Source of the DNA: Utricularia gibba
Taxonomy: Eukaryota; Plantae; Magnoliophyta
Assembly: GCA_002189035.1 (NCBI GenBank)
Contig: CM007989.1
Coordinates: forward strand, 7,006,001-7,070,000
Reading direction: 5' to 3'
DNA: 64,000 nt
Under the pieces are notes generated by a model. It had not been told where the DNA came from. It saw nothing but the letters and a program-made list of their open reading frames with translations, and searched no databases. The translations under genes and the position numbers were made by a program. Of the stretch, positions 10,211 through 23,594 are shown piece after piece; position 1 is the stretch's first letter, and the number at the start of each line of letters is the position of its first letter.

Positions 10211-13200
10211 TTACCTCGAAGAAGGAGCTACGCTGGATTGTTGACTCGAAAGTGATTGATTTGATGCTTCAAGAGAGCCCTCGGATGGGGGCGATGGAGG
10301 AGGAGAAGGATTTGAGTTGCTACTTGAAGGGGTAGGTGGAGTAGATGTTGTATCTGACTGAGTTGAGCTGCCGGTTGAAGGGGTTGGGGGAGTAGACATT
10401 GTATCTGCCTGTGCTGATCTCCCACTTGAAGGGGTTGGCGGAGCAGATGTTGTATCTGACTGAGTTGAGCTACTGGTTGAAGGGGTTGGGGGAGTAGACA
10501 TTGTATCTGCCTGTGCTGAGCTCCCACTTGAAGGGGTTGGCGGAGCAGATGTTGTATCTGACTGAGTTGAGCTGCTACTTGAAGGGGTTGGGGGAGTAGA
10601 CGTTGTATCTGTCTGAGCTGAGCTCCCAATTGAAGGGGTTGGTGGAGCAGATGTTGTATCTGACTGAGTTGAGCTGCTACTTGAAGGGGTTGGGGGATTA
10701 GACGTTGTATCTGTCTGAGCTGAGCTCCCAATTGAAGGGTTTGGCGGAGCAGAGGTTGTATCTGCCTGAGCTGCACTCCCACTTGAAGGCAGTGGTGGAG
10801 GGGATGTATCAGATTGGGCTGGCACATCACCTGGAGGAGGTGCTAGAGAATTGACTGTTTCCAGTTGCACTGAACCACCTGGAGGACTCTGTAAACTGAT
10901 CGATGCATCGAACTGAGTGGAGCCATTCGTTGAAGTGCTCGGCGGAATAGCAGCTGTTTTTGATTGGGTTGGACTACCAGCAGAAGGTGTTGATGGGGGA
11001 GGAATTGCATTTGAATTAGCCAAATCATCCAAAGAAGAGGATGGTGGATTGGCTGGTATTTCTGCTTGAATTCTCTCATTAGATGAAGGTGGCGGAGAAG
11101 TGGATGCATCAGATTGAGTTGAGTGGGTCGATGAGACTGGCGGAGGAGCTGTTTCATCCAGCTTATTTGAGCCGCCAAACGAGGAACTCGGTGGAGTACT
11201 CTTGGTGCTTGGAGGTGATTTTGATGGTGGGGACGAAGTCAAGTCCCCAACAGAAGATGCTGGAGGAGGGGATAAATCTTTATGAGGTGTTGAAGTCGGA
11301 CTACTCATCGGAGGTTTAGCAACTCCATTGGGTGTCAATGATGTTGTATTCCCACCACTCTCACTTGTGGCTTCATCACTGTAAGATGGAGGCGAAGCTA
11401 GAGGAGCGCTAGCTTCACCTTGAAATATCTTTGAACTTGAGTTTCCAACTTGAGAGGATTGAGAAGGAGGTGCTGTTTCATTGTGCTCTACCGGTGGCGG
11501 TGAGTGTGAGCCATCATTTGGAGTTTTATAGGCTCGAGGTGGCGGCGAAGTTGAATCACGGGCAGGAGAAGGTAACGGAGGAGTGGTGGTTCTTTGAGCT
11601 CGGGACGCCGGCGGCGGAGTCTTACCACCAACCTGAGATAAACCTGAGACTTGTGGAGAAGCAGCAACTACACTTGGTTTTGGTGATGAAGTAGGTGAAA
11701 TAGTTGCTATTCCCTTAGATTCCTCTCCACCCGGAGAGAGGGTTTGATTCGGCTTGGAAAATCTCGAAGTAGGCGGAGAGGCTGTCGTCTCCATTGATTC
11801 AGAAGATTTTGAAGGAGGTGGAGAGGCAGACTCGTCTGACTTAGAAAACCTCGAATCAGGTGGAACAGATGTTCCATTTGGCTTGGAAAACCTGGATGGA
11901 GATGGAGGGACTGTCTCATTTGCCTTAGAAAACCTATCAGAAGAGACTGGTGGATGAGCATGCATATCAAACTCCACTTTTGGAATCGGGGCAGCTGCAT
12001 TTGACATTATGCCTCCTTCAACCCCTAGATCAGAGGACATGGCTGGGGCAGCTGCTTCTGGGCTTCCATGAGTTGTAATATTCGTGTCAACGATCACAAC
12101 GGTGGTGGCACTGGGAGGTATTGGCGGCGGAGGTGATGCCTTTGAGGAAGGCAAAGTCGTCTTGCCGGGGATCGGAGTAGGACTCAGGGTGTTTACACTA
12201 GGAACAGATGATGGAGTTGAGCCATGGTGCTGTTCCTGGCTGGCTTTCGGCGGGGAAAAATACACCTCCTTTTCAACTTTAGACCCCAAATCCTTGGTTT
12301 CTTCCGGAACTACTGCAGAATACTTCACATTTGGATCATCTTTAGGCACAGGGAATATGAAACCAGGTGTGTAAGGAACTTGGGTCAGTGGAATCCATCG
12401 GCTGCCATCCAGGAACTCTGCTGTTGTGAACCTTTGAATACGGCTTGATGGCAGTTCCTTCACACCAGCCCACTTCACCCGCTGCTTCTTGGGTGCAGCA
12501 GGGCCTCTGTTGTTGAACTCTGTGTAGAACAAGGTGTCCAAAGCGAATGTTGCATTCCATGGAAGCCATCCATCAGGACTGATAGCATCATCGAGAAAAG
12601 ACTCCATTATAATCGTCCTGGAGTATTGCTTCCATGGTCTGCCGAGATAAGACTTGACATGTCTTCTCACAGGGTACAGTTCAGAAGAAGCTTCAATGGT
12701 GCAGTTCTGGAGGACAATCCCTGTTGGCTGTCGAATTTCTTTCCTCCCTTGCGCTGTAACAATGCACTGTTGATTCTCCATAGGCTTCCGTATGGAGAGT
12801 GTGCAGTTCTGGAAGACGCACGCACTGTCACCAAAGAGGAAATCGATCGTCCCGGAGATCTTACAGTTCCTGTAAAACTGGCGATATGTGTGCGCATAGA
12901 GCGTGTCTTGGTACGCATCCATGTGGCAGTTGTAAAATATCGCCTTGTCGGCGGTGACCCGCAGAGCCACTGCTTGGTGCTTTTCTGGGCCGGCCGTGTT
13001 TTCAAATCCGATGTCCCGGGCGACGAAATCATCTGCTTGCACGGCTGCACGGCGCCACGAACCAGTCAAGAATCAGTAAAGATTGAATTTTTACACTTGA
13101 AAGAAGGCGAGTTCTTTCAGTCATTACCAACGGTAGCAGTGTGGTAAGTGCCTGTTCCGTCTTTGAAGTTCAGATTTCCTGTGATTCTTGTCTTGGTTGG

Positions 13201-14118
13201 GCCATCTCCGATGACGAACAGATGCTTCATGCTGCTGTTGAATTGCACCTTTTCTGCATACACTCCCTCTTTGATGTACAAAACAAATGTTTTGTTTCCA
13301 TTCTTCGGCACGTCTTTCAGAGCTGCGTTGATGGTCAGATGACTACCAGTCCCATCCTTGGCAACGATGAGGTCTGGTTTCACAACCTGCGGCGCTGTTG
13401 CAGACAGAAGCTTGCGCCTTTTGAGATCCACCCACTCCGGGAACTCGCCACCATCTCCCCCGGTCACCGAGAGAAGCCGGCGGCTCGAAGAGCTGCTCCC
13501 CTGCATCCCCAAAGCTTCTAAAAACGTAGAGATCTCAGCCACCATAGCCAAGGCATTGCTCGTCATTTCCATCCCTTTTCTCAGAGCTTCCCTCATTCTA
13601 TTCCCATCATCTCCAGGCACATCCTGGAAGCCATCCAAGCAAGTTTCTTGGTGGGTAATGGCGCCACTCAGCCATATCTTCAAATCCAGGAGAATGTCTT
13701 CAACATTAGTGATATCAAAGCTGGTGAACTTGGTATACGATCTCTGAAGATCGTCCACCGCTTTGTTCATCAGCTCCTGACACGTTTCAAGAGCCATCTT
13801 CGCCCGCGGTTCGTTCTCAGCTCTGCGAAACACCGAAGAGTTCTTGACAGCCTCCTTGAGATACCTAATGGACGCCTGAAAAGACACCCCGATAAGCTCC
13901 TTGGGGTCGCTGGAGTTATGGCCGGCGAGGCTGTCCAAGCAAGCCTGCTGGTAATCGGTGGTATCACATATCGTCATGATCACTCTTTGCGAGGCGGAGA
14001 CCTCCGGAACCTTCTCCTCCGTGCCGCCTGTGCAGGCCACCACGAGGATGACCACCATGGCTACCAGAACAACAGAACTGATGGCAATCACACCGATCTT
14101 CTTCTTGCTTTGGTCCAT
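10211..14118 (-). CDS. Pectinesterase/pectinesterase inhibitor (group 2 PME) with N-terminal membrane anchor and very long Ser/Pro/Thr-rich C-terminal extension; exons 14118-13128 and 13044-10211, about 1274 aa
   Basis: TM segment IGVIAISSVVLVAMVVILVVAC; PMEI Cys pattern and KIWLSGAITHQETCLDGF; RRLL/RRKLL processing motifs; catalytic motifs QAVALRV, YQDTLY, GTIDFLFG and YLGRPWK are intact. Confidence 0.95.
10310..10815 (-). repeat. Coding tandem repeat in the PME tail: about 10 units of 51 bp (17 aa, DTTSAPPTPSSGSSAQA-like) alternating as a 102-bp A/B dimer
   Basis: Protein units alternate ...SSAQ(T/A) and ...SSTQS; on the + strand GTTGTATCTGACTGAGTTGAGC and GAAGGGGTTGG recur at 51/102-bp spacing. 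Confidence 0.92.
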
Positions 14119-14657
14119 TTCCTCTGGGTGCTCTCCTATCCTATTCTATGCTACGTTTGTGCTGTTTGCAAGCTATGGCGTCGCTTGCCGGTGGGAGACA
14201 AAAATAGTTGGGAAACGTTGAATTGGAGGTGGGAATCGGAGTTCCTTCAACCTCTCAGACATACATTTTTCCAAGCTTGCTTACTATTTTTAGTGGGGGT
14301 TCCAGGGCAAGGTGACGAAAGAAACAAGCTTAACCTTTGACTTAACCAGTGATATTAAAAACTTGTTTACTTTAAATTCAATAAAATATTTTTAAAAAAT
14401 GAAATTTAATTGAATATCAATTAAAGAGAAAATGTAATAAAAACAAATCAAATTTCAATTAATATAAATAATTTAATCCTCAAATTTTAAAATTACAAAA
14501 ATTAACACATTCAATTATAAAAAAATATCTAACAAATATTCAAATAATTTTCAAAATTTTTTAAAAATGAACCACTTTACATCACTATAAATCAGCTTTG
14601 GTTTCTTACCCAACAAAATTTTGTATTATGGTTTTTCGTATTCATATATAAAATTCA

Positions 14658-14780
14658 ATAAATTGAAATCACTTGATAGTGTCACATTGCATTCGTATTT
14701 TCTGATTTTTGGAATTGTTTGATAAATTGAAATCACTTGATAGAATCATATTGCATTTGTATCTCATGATTTTTGGAGTT
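14658..14780. repeat. Imperfect 64-bp tandem duplication in the PME/TPR intergenic region
   Basis: ATAAATTGAAATCACTTGATAG...TTGCATT.GTAT...TGATTTTTGGA begins at 14658 and again at 14722. Confidence 0.8.
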
Positions 14781-15123
14781 CAATAAGAGTAAAACTATCA
14801 AAAGAGAGAATATAATATATGAATATTATTTATAATAATACACAATTATAATGGTGTTAGAATCAAAATCGATTAGTTTTAGTAACATAAGTAGTTAAAT
14901 ATAGAATTTCATAAGTTTGAAATTAAAATTTTTACATAAAAATTACATTAAAGTGTCAGTCCACAAACTTAATTCATCAATTAAATTAAAATTTAGTACA
15001 ATAAAAACCCCAGTATATCGGATTTTTTTTTAAAAAATTTGTTTCTGGTCCTCAGATTAGTAGATACTATTTGCATTGGGATAATATCTGGACAGCCTCA
15101 GATACCGGCGTCGAGGTACACAA

Positions 15124-16708
15124 ATGGCGAGTGCTCCAGTTGTCGGAGTGGGAAATGGGGTTTCGTCATGCGTACTGATGACTTGCTCGATACCGCGATG
15201 TTCCGTGAATCGCAAAAGCCAGTTACCCAACGCCGATTTATCTAACTTCGTGGGAGTTTCCCTTTCCGGAATTCGCAGTCATGGGCTGATTCCAACTCTT
15301 TCCAGAAGGGCTTTTCTGCCGTCTGTTTCTGGGCTCTGGGATGCGGTAACTGGCGGATATTCTGCACGTGAAGCAGTCGTTGCTATTCGACGAGGAATGC
15401 TTCTTTTCAGACAGGTAAGATTGGGGAAACCGCTAGCGAAGGAATGCGAATTTCCAAGTTTTTTATTTAATGTTGAATGAGGTTTTTGTATTGTGCTGAA
15501 GGGTGACGTTCCTGGTTCATTAGTTGAGTTCGACAAGGCTATTGAGGTTGATCCTCGCCAAAGAGCATGTTAGTTTTCAAATGATGACCCTTTTTTGGGA
15601 AGTTTTACTCATGAATTTTCTTCTTCATTTTATTATCTCGTGATGTAGAATTATATTTTTAGGTGATCAGTTCTGTGGCAAAGAGGGTTATCATTGTACT
15701 ATGTTGATAGGTAGGTTACTTGTTTCTCTTTATTCTGAACCTTCTATAGCAGTTCTTTTGTTTTTTTCGTTATTCGATATCTTCTCTGTGGATAATGTTG
15801 CTCTCTCCCTAGATTTGAAGAAGGTGCAGAGCAATTTAGACTAGATGTTGCACAGAATCCAAATGATACCGAGGAATCAATATGGTGCTTTCTTTGTGAG
15901 GCACAGCTTTATGGAATTGATGAAGCTCGAAGACGTTTTCTGGAGGTATATAATCCTCAATATTTTCTGATACGTTCGAAGCTTTACATATTCAGGCAAA
16001 TGAGGATCAGTTATCTTGCCCGGATTTGCTATCTGGTACTTACTATTGGTGATAGAAAACATTCCATTAGAAATCTTCTGCTTAAGCTTTAGGATGTTGG
16101 CTGATCAGAAAGTGTCCCGTGATTAAAAAGATGCACTAAGCTTACTTCCCGTACACAGGTTGGTGTAGATCCACGGGCTGTGATGCGCGAAGCGTACAAC
16201 ATGTTCAAAGGCGGTGGTGATCCTGAAGAGGTGATCTTCGTTTCTCAGTGACACTATTGACACTTGAGAGTTTCCTCGTTGAATTAGCATGCCCCTTCCT
16301 TCCTATATATGCAGCTTGTTGCAGTTTTTGCAAACAGGCGTGAAAACGAGAACTTCTATGCGCATTTGTATGCTGGCCTCTATTACGAATCACAGGTTGT
16401 ATTCTAAGCATACCTTTTTCACTCTATTGCCAAGTGGAAGTTGCTGTTCCTACTTGTTTTTCACTAGTACAAACACTGATTTACAGTTTATTTGAACCAC
16501 AGAACAAGGCCGCTGAAGCCAAATTCCACATAGTCGCGGCATGTAAATCCCCATATGGTTCGAGGTTAGTTTCACCCCATTTTCAAACTATACTTCCCTG
16601 ATTCATTTGCTGCAAACTCCCTGACAAAAACTTCACTGATTCAGCTCTGATGACTACATGGCTTCTCTAGCCAGAGTTCATTGTTCCTGCAGGGAATGGA
16701 ACTCTTGA
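15124..16708 (+). CDS. TPR-like protein with probable plastid transit peptide (8 exons)
   Basis: Spliced blocks AIRRGMLLFRQ|GDVPGSLVEFDKAIEVDPRQRA|FLWQRGLSLYYVDR|FEEGAEQFRLDVAQNPNDTEESIWCFLCEA...FYAHLYAGLYYESQ...SDDYMASLARVHC match a conserved plant TPR-like family. Confidence 0.88.
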
Positions 16709-17642
16709 CTAGAATGAGGATTCCCTCAACCAGATATGTATTCATCTCCTGGCCTTGTTTTCAGTCCCATCAATCGCTGAATCCAAACCAGGATTATGCT
16801 CCAAGTGTTTGTTGAATGAGATCACATGACTACTTGTTGAAATGATGAAGGTAGAATCTTTCCCAAGTGTTTGCATGATACAAGCAACCCATGAAGAACA
16901 ATTTTTTTTGGAAGGTGTACGAGCAACCGTTGGAAATTTCCGTTAGTTTATATATGACACGTGCGTAAATTCGCATTTTCTTAACATTCCTGGTTATTTT
17001 TTAAATAAATTTAATTGCTTTTTTTATTTCTACAGTTTACTTAGTAGAACATTAAAAATTATTTTATATTAAATAATATATATTAATCATATAGTATCAT
17101 AAATTCGATACTCAAATAATTTTGTTAATTTAACTTGTTGTTTAGGATTAAAAGAAAATTATTTATTCAGTAGATTTAATTAATATCATATGATAAAATA
17201 TAATTTTATCTCTTATTTTTTATTTTATTTTATTTATTACGGTAACGTGGGATATTCGCATTCATCTAAAACCGGGTTTCGCTTTTTATGGATATTCTGC
17301 GGGTGATGCTCGCGCGGGTTAGGCCCACAAGGGAGTCTTCCCAAACTACCCTTTGGAGTGTCCGCCGGTTCAGGGGTGTACATGTAACTTCACCTTGGTT
17401 CGTCATTTTCGGAAGAGTGGTAGGATGTTGCTTAAATTCACTCAGATGACGCCATGAAGGACCTCTGTTCTTCACCTTCTTCCAGAAGTCACATTGTGTC
17501 GTGTGTGTGTGTTGGTGTGCTGAGCCGCAAGACGTGCAAGGCAAGGGTGCCTCACTTTTGCTGTGTTGCAGTGGGCTGTGTCCTTGCGGAGATGCGGACG
17601 CCATGCAGATGCGGAGGGGAGTTTTGGTGATTTCTGTGAGAT

Positions 17643-20600
17643 ATGTCGACGGAGAGGCTAATTTACTCTGCTGATCACCTTAAGTTTTCGTCATCTCATT
17701 CTATTCGGTTCGCCGCCGGTGAGGCGCCGTATCCGATTAGGATATTTGAGGAGCTGCCCACGGCTACGATCGTCGAGGTTTCGATTCCGGATGCCAGTGA
17801 CATCTCCCCCTTGCTCTTGACGTACACCATTGAACTCCACTACAAAGAGGTAGACCTTCAATCTCTATTTACTGTATTAGTTTTTCGGACTTTGGAGAGG
17901 AGACGTTATTTTAAAACTCACTTGGGGTTGTATGATTGAAAATGGGAGGGTCGTTTTTACGTTTTACTGTTTTTTGACAGCATATATGGCGGGTAATCAA
18001 AAAGGCGTCCGAGGTCATCTATTTACATCTGGCACTGAAGAAACGTTCCTTAATTGAAGAGTTACATGGGAGACAAGAGCAGGTATGTTTCCACTCTAGC
18101 CAAGCCTTCCTTTTTTCAGTCACTGAGATGGTTCCTGTAGGCAGGGGTGGTTAGTGAGTGATTGATGGTTTAAATCCTACCTGTAACCCCTATGGGAGAA
18201 TTAGAGTAGGTTTCGTACGTGATGTGCATCATGTGTTCCTTTCCGGAAAATGTGGTTGCTAATAAAATTCTTCATTTACAATGTTTTTTTCTTGTGTTGG
18301 AACCTTATTAAAGATCGGGGAATGGCTGCATAGCATTGGATTGCGAGATCATGCAACAGTGATGCATGATGAAGAGGATCTTGATGATGGATCTGCTCCA
18401 CTACACAGTGAAGATAGTGCTAAAAACAGGTGATTAGCTGTTTTCTTGCAATATGCGGCTTCAGCTAATGATGTCCTTATAATGATATTTTTCAGGGGTG
18501 TTCCATCAAGAGCAGCTTTCTCAATCATTCGTCCAGCTATTGGTGACCAGCAGACAATTATGGAAAAGGCAAGAATATCAATGCAAGGCTACCTAAACCA
18601 TTTTCTGGGGAACCTGGATGTCGTTAATTCCTCCGAGGTGCAGAGCAAAGACCGAGTTTTTCTGTTTTCCGATGCATGTTCCAAGTTGCGCGTATATTAA
18701 TTCTCGGCTTTTTTCTGATCTAAGGTTTGCAAGTTCCTGGAGGTGTCTAATATGTCATTTAAACAAGAATATGGTTCAAAGCTAAAAGAAGGTTATGTGA
18801 TGGTTAAGCATTTGCGAGAATCTTCAGAGGACAATACATGTTCAGGTGGTTGCTTTGGGTGTTGTTTTGGTTGCTGCAGGAAACGTTGGCAAAAGGTAAA
18901 TACTTTTCTGATGGACAAAGGCATATTCATCACAACTTTTTGACTTGCTTTACTTACTTAAATGATACGCACGTGTTTTAAAATCTTTATTAGGGCACTC
19001 AACTATCTGCCGCTTGCTTGTTTTTGTTCAAAGGATGAAATCCTTAATGATAGTTGGTTTATTATAATTCCCAGTATCCAACAGACTTACTTCTGTTGAA
19101 TTTGCTGGATTGTTGATAATATGAACTCTTGAATTCAGGTTTGGCTTGTTCTGAAACCAGGTTTCTTGGCTTTCGTTAAACATCATTTTGACACGAGACT
19201 GCTGGATATAGTTGTGTTTGATATCCTGCCAGCTTCAAATTCAATAGACGATAATAATGCGTTTTTGGCCAAAGAGCTAAAATGGCATAACCCTCTGCGG
19301 AATATGTTTCAGGTACTTTGTCTACTTTGATTGGTAAAACATCAGATATGGAACATATAAAACTTCCATTTCAACATAATTTTCTGTTTTTCTTAATGTA
19401 AAAATATAATCGGCACTCATCTTTGCATAATGAAACTGATTGTGATTTAGAGTAGATACAATTTCTGGCTAATAATATTTGGGAAATACTTCCTTAAGCG
19501 AGAACGCTTCAACTGTTTTGCTTAAATGAAGAACACTTTAAATATTTGATGCATATGTTTTTTTTTTCTTGTGCTTATCTGTTGAATATCTTATCATGTT
19601 GTCGCATTTATGCTCTAAGCATAAACGTTGGGTGTGCACTATGTTTTCCTTTGGAAAGGGAATGTCTTTAAGTCAAGCTTTTAATACTGCATTTTAGGTT
19701 TATTGTGGGAATCGAAGCATAAATGTGAGAACTTCAAGCCAAGCTCAAGTTGAAAGCTGGGTTGCTGCTATCAATGCAGTCGGAATAAAAGGTTCAGAAG
19801 GCTGGTGCTTTACTCACCGTTTTAATTCATTTGCCCCTATTAGAGGGCTACCTGAAGATGGCAGTCGAGCTCAGTGGTTTGTAGATGGTAATGCAGCATT
19901 TGAAGCAATTGCTACAGCAATAGAAAGTGCAAAAACAGAGGTTAAACTTCATAGAGTTTAGTGTAGATCGCTCAAATTGTTTTTTATTAGGGTTTGGTTA
20001 TTAAAATGCAGCTTTACAACTGTTGACAGATATTCATGACTGGCTGGTGGATTTGCCCTGAACTGTATCTAAGAAGGCCATTTTCTAATGAAAGTTCTTC
20101 TCGACTTGATGCTTTACTTGAGGCCAAAGCTAAGCAAGGGGTTCAGGTAAGGCCATTTTGAAACTCAGTCTTTAAGGATTTCCTGTGTTGTAACAATGGT
20201 ATATCACTTTCATGTCATTTTTTGCTTTAAAGTGATTGGTGAGCTTAAAATTATCATTTTTCAGATATTCATCCTTCTATACAAGGAAGTTTCCATTGCT
20301 TTGAAGATCAATAGCTTACACAGCAAAAGGAAGCTGCTTAGCATTCACGAAAACGTTAAAGTTCTCCGCTATCCTGATCATTTGTCCACTGGAGTGTACC
20401 TATGGTACGCTTTTTATTGGTGATAGAATTATTTTCACATTTAAATTTCATATAAATAATGTACAACTGGTTCATGTAGGTCTCACCATGAAAAACTTGT
20501 TATTGTTGACCACAAGATTAGCTTTATTGGTGGACTAGATTTGTGCTTTGGGCGCTATGACACTGGTGAGCACAAAATCGGGGATTACCCTCCTTGTTTA

Positions 20601-23210
20601 TGGCCAGGAAAGGACTATTATAACCCAAGGTATGGCAAATACTAAACACTTTTGAAGCCTCTAAACCGCTCAGATTAACTGCGAATCTTTCATCTTTAAT
20701 ATATTGGAGTCATCTGCTAGCTCTCATAGTTTACTGGACAATATAAAATTATTGTAAAACGGATCTTGTATTTTTTAAAGGCAAACTGAACTATTAAACG
20801 TGTCTTTCAGAGAATCAGAGCCAAATTCATGGGATGATGCTGAGAAAGATGAGCTGAACAGGCAGAAGTATCCTCGGATGCCATGGCACGATGTTCATTG
20901 TGCCGTTTGGGGCCCCCTTGCAGGGATATTGCTAGACATTTTGTTCAACGTTGGAACCATGCGAAGGTTCGTTTTCATCATTCATCAAATGTTGGAAGTA
21001 CTTTTCTATCGGTGATATCTCTCCTTCAATCTTTATAGCGAAGCAAAGCACCAAATGAACAAAAGATACCACTACTCATGCCTCACCATCACATGGTTTT
21101 ACCTCATTATTTGGGACGGAGTCAGGCTATTGTTGTTGAAACGAATACCACTGGAGACAACTCAAATGACGAAAACGACACTTTTTGTCCTGAAACGCCT
21201 ATTGAAGACATTCCACTTCTCCTTCCATATGATGCCAACGGTTTAGAAAATTCTGCTTCTGAAAGCAAATCAGAAAGCTTTTCTTCGGCTGAATTTGATC
21301 CTACAGATTTGGGTGAGGATTTCACTTTTCGTCAGCAAAATTTTTTGTTTCCAAAACCTTCTAATATTTGAAAATTATTTGAAGAAATGTCTGAGTTCGA
21401 TTTTCAAGTGGAAGATTTCATTTGGCCAACGGAGCAAGCCTTCCCTGCTTTTCCATCACAGACTGGCCATAGTCACTTATGCCGCTGTCAGGTTGTCAGA
21501 AGTGTGAGCCAGTGGTCTTCTGGCACGAGCCAAACCGAAGACAGCATTCATAAAGCTTACTGCACTCTTATTGAAGAAGCTGAATTTTTCATATACATCG
21601 AGGTAAGATTTAATATCTGATCTATGTTAATCAGTTAAGATTTTCCTGAATAACCTTAAGTGAACATTATCTTAAACAACATCGTCTTCCAGAATCAATT
21701 TTTCATATCAGGCCTCTCTGAAGATACTGTTATACAAAATCGTGTGCTTGAATCTCTGTATAAGCGCATAATGCGAGCACATACAGAAAAGAAGTGTTTC
21801 AGAGTCATCATAGTCATCCCTCTACTACCTGGATTTCAGGTAGCAGCTTCTGCTTAATTACCAATTAGATCCTTATCTGTTTTTGTTGATTACATAGCCT
21901 CTATATTACAGGGTGGTGTTGATGACACCGGTGCAGCTACTGTTAGGGCCATAATGCATTGGCAATATCGTACCATATGCAGGGGAGAAAGTTCGATATT
22001 GCAAAAGCTTTTCTCCAAGCTGGGCCGTTTAGCAAATGATTTCATAGCTTTTTTTAGTTTGAGGACACATGGTAGACTTTTTGAGGATGGCCCTGTGGTC
22101 ACCAGTCAGGTTGGTCCTCTTCACTTTGGTTTAGACCACCTTGGCCTTGGTTTATATTGTTTTACGATTCTCTATGATGTTTTTTTAAATGAACCATTTA
22201 TTTCCATGCTGAAGGTTTATGTACATAGCAAAATCATGATAGTAGATGATCGTTGCGCTTTGATCGGATCATCCAACATAAATGATCGCAGTTTGCTAGG
22301 ATCTAGAGACTCAGAGGTTAGCACAGTATTAGACTGTCAAGAACCAGAATGTCGTTCGTTCCTTCCATTGAACCAAAATTTCGGCCTCTCATTCTCAGAC
22401 TCATGCTTTATATAACTTAAACAGATTGCTATCCTGATTGAAGACAAAGAATACACTGATTCATCCATGGCCGGGAATCCATGGAAAGCAGGAAAATTTG
22501 CGTACAGTCTAAGGCTTTCATTGTGGGCAGAGCACCTGGGTTTACATCCTGAAGAGGTGTTTACTAAATCGTGAACTTGTATAAAGATACAGAACTAAAT
22601 CATTAAAGCTCCTTCTTGTTCTCATGTGTTCAACCATAAATTGTCAGGTTTATCGGATAAAGGATCCAATAGCCGATACAACATACAGGGAGTTGCTCTT
22701 GAACACTGCTGAGGTACATGAAGTTTCATCTCAATATAGTGGGCATCAATGGGAAACTGTTCCTTAGCCTTTACAACTGTTTTTTTTTTTAATTTCTGAT
22801 TTTCTCACTATGCAGATGAATACAAAAGTTTACCAAGAAGTCTTCTCTTGTATCCCAACGACAACATCAACTCCAGGTTCTTAATTTCTACATGCAGCCT
22901 TGTCAGTCATGACATTTGCTGTTCCTCGTCGTCATTTCTAAATTTTCTATGTTCTCAGATTGGCTCTCAGACAAAGCATGAACCACTGGAAACAGAAGCT
23001 TCAGCACACAACCATCGACTTGGGAGTATCACCTGAAAAACTTGAGATCAAAGAAGACGGGCTCCTCCTATTCCTTGATCCATGAATAGACTAAAATCTG
23101 TAAGAGGGCATCTTGTTTCCTTTCCATTAAGGTTCATGAGTGAAGAGGATAATCTCACACCTGCTTTCATGGAGGGGGAGTTTTATACATCTCCTCAGGT
23201 ATTCCACTGA
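17643..23210 (+). CDS. PLDZETA: Phospholipase D zeta (PX-PH-PLD), about 20 exons; three apparent 1-nt homopolymer frameshifts
   Basis: [14 protein letters not shown]...[25 protein letters not shown], first HKD ([20 protein letters not shown]), [10 protein letters not shown], second HKD ([12 protein letters not shown]...[18 protein letters not shown]), C-terminal [10 protein letters not shown]. Confidence 0.95.
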
Positions 23211-23594
23211 TAGCTGCTTAGCGTGCATTTGTTATAGCATAGAATGCATTTGACAAATGTGTACATACTCAAAAAAATGCCCCATATTCATTCTATTGTT
23301 TCTCAAATCTTTGTAGAATATTACTCCATTTGAAATGTGAAGATGCATAGTTTGTTACAGAGCACTTTCTCTGAAAAAAAAACTGAGAATTTCCATATCT
23401 CCTCTGTAACATAAATTACTGCTTTGAAACCTATACTAAAATAGCAGCATGTAAACATCACACAGAAACTGGAGTCAAGTGTGAAAAGTGTTGCAGTTTT
23501 TTTCCTAACCATCAGAACTTAGCAAGGGCAAGAAGAACCTCCTCTCTTCAGAAGAATAGGCTCCCAAGTCCCATGGGAGCTGAACATTCTCTTA

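Noticed and set aside
10228-10830. 200-aa Gln/Leu-rich repetitive ORF overlapping the PME tail in another frame
   Set aside because: It is the shifted reading of the 51-bp tandem repeat; repeats without stops give long ORFs in several frames.
12626-14340. Several long + strand ORFs (173 aa, 230 aa and others) opposite the PME
   Set aside because: Antisense shadows of a GC-rich coding sequence with no recognisable motifs.
21369-21371. Apparent in-frame TGA in PLD zeta
   Set aside because: It lies in a 72-nt GT-AG intron (21313-21384); removing the intron keeps the frame.
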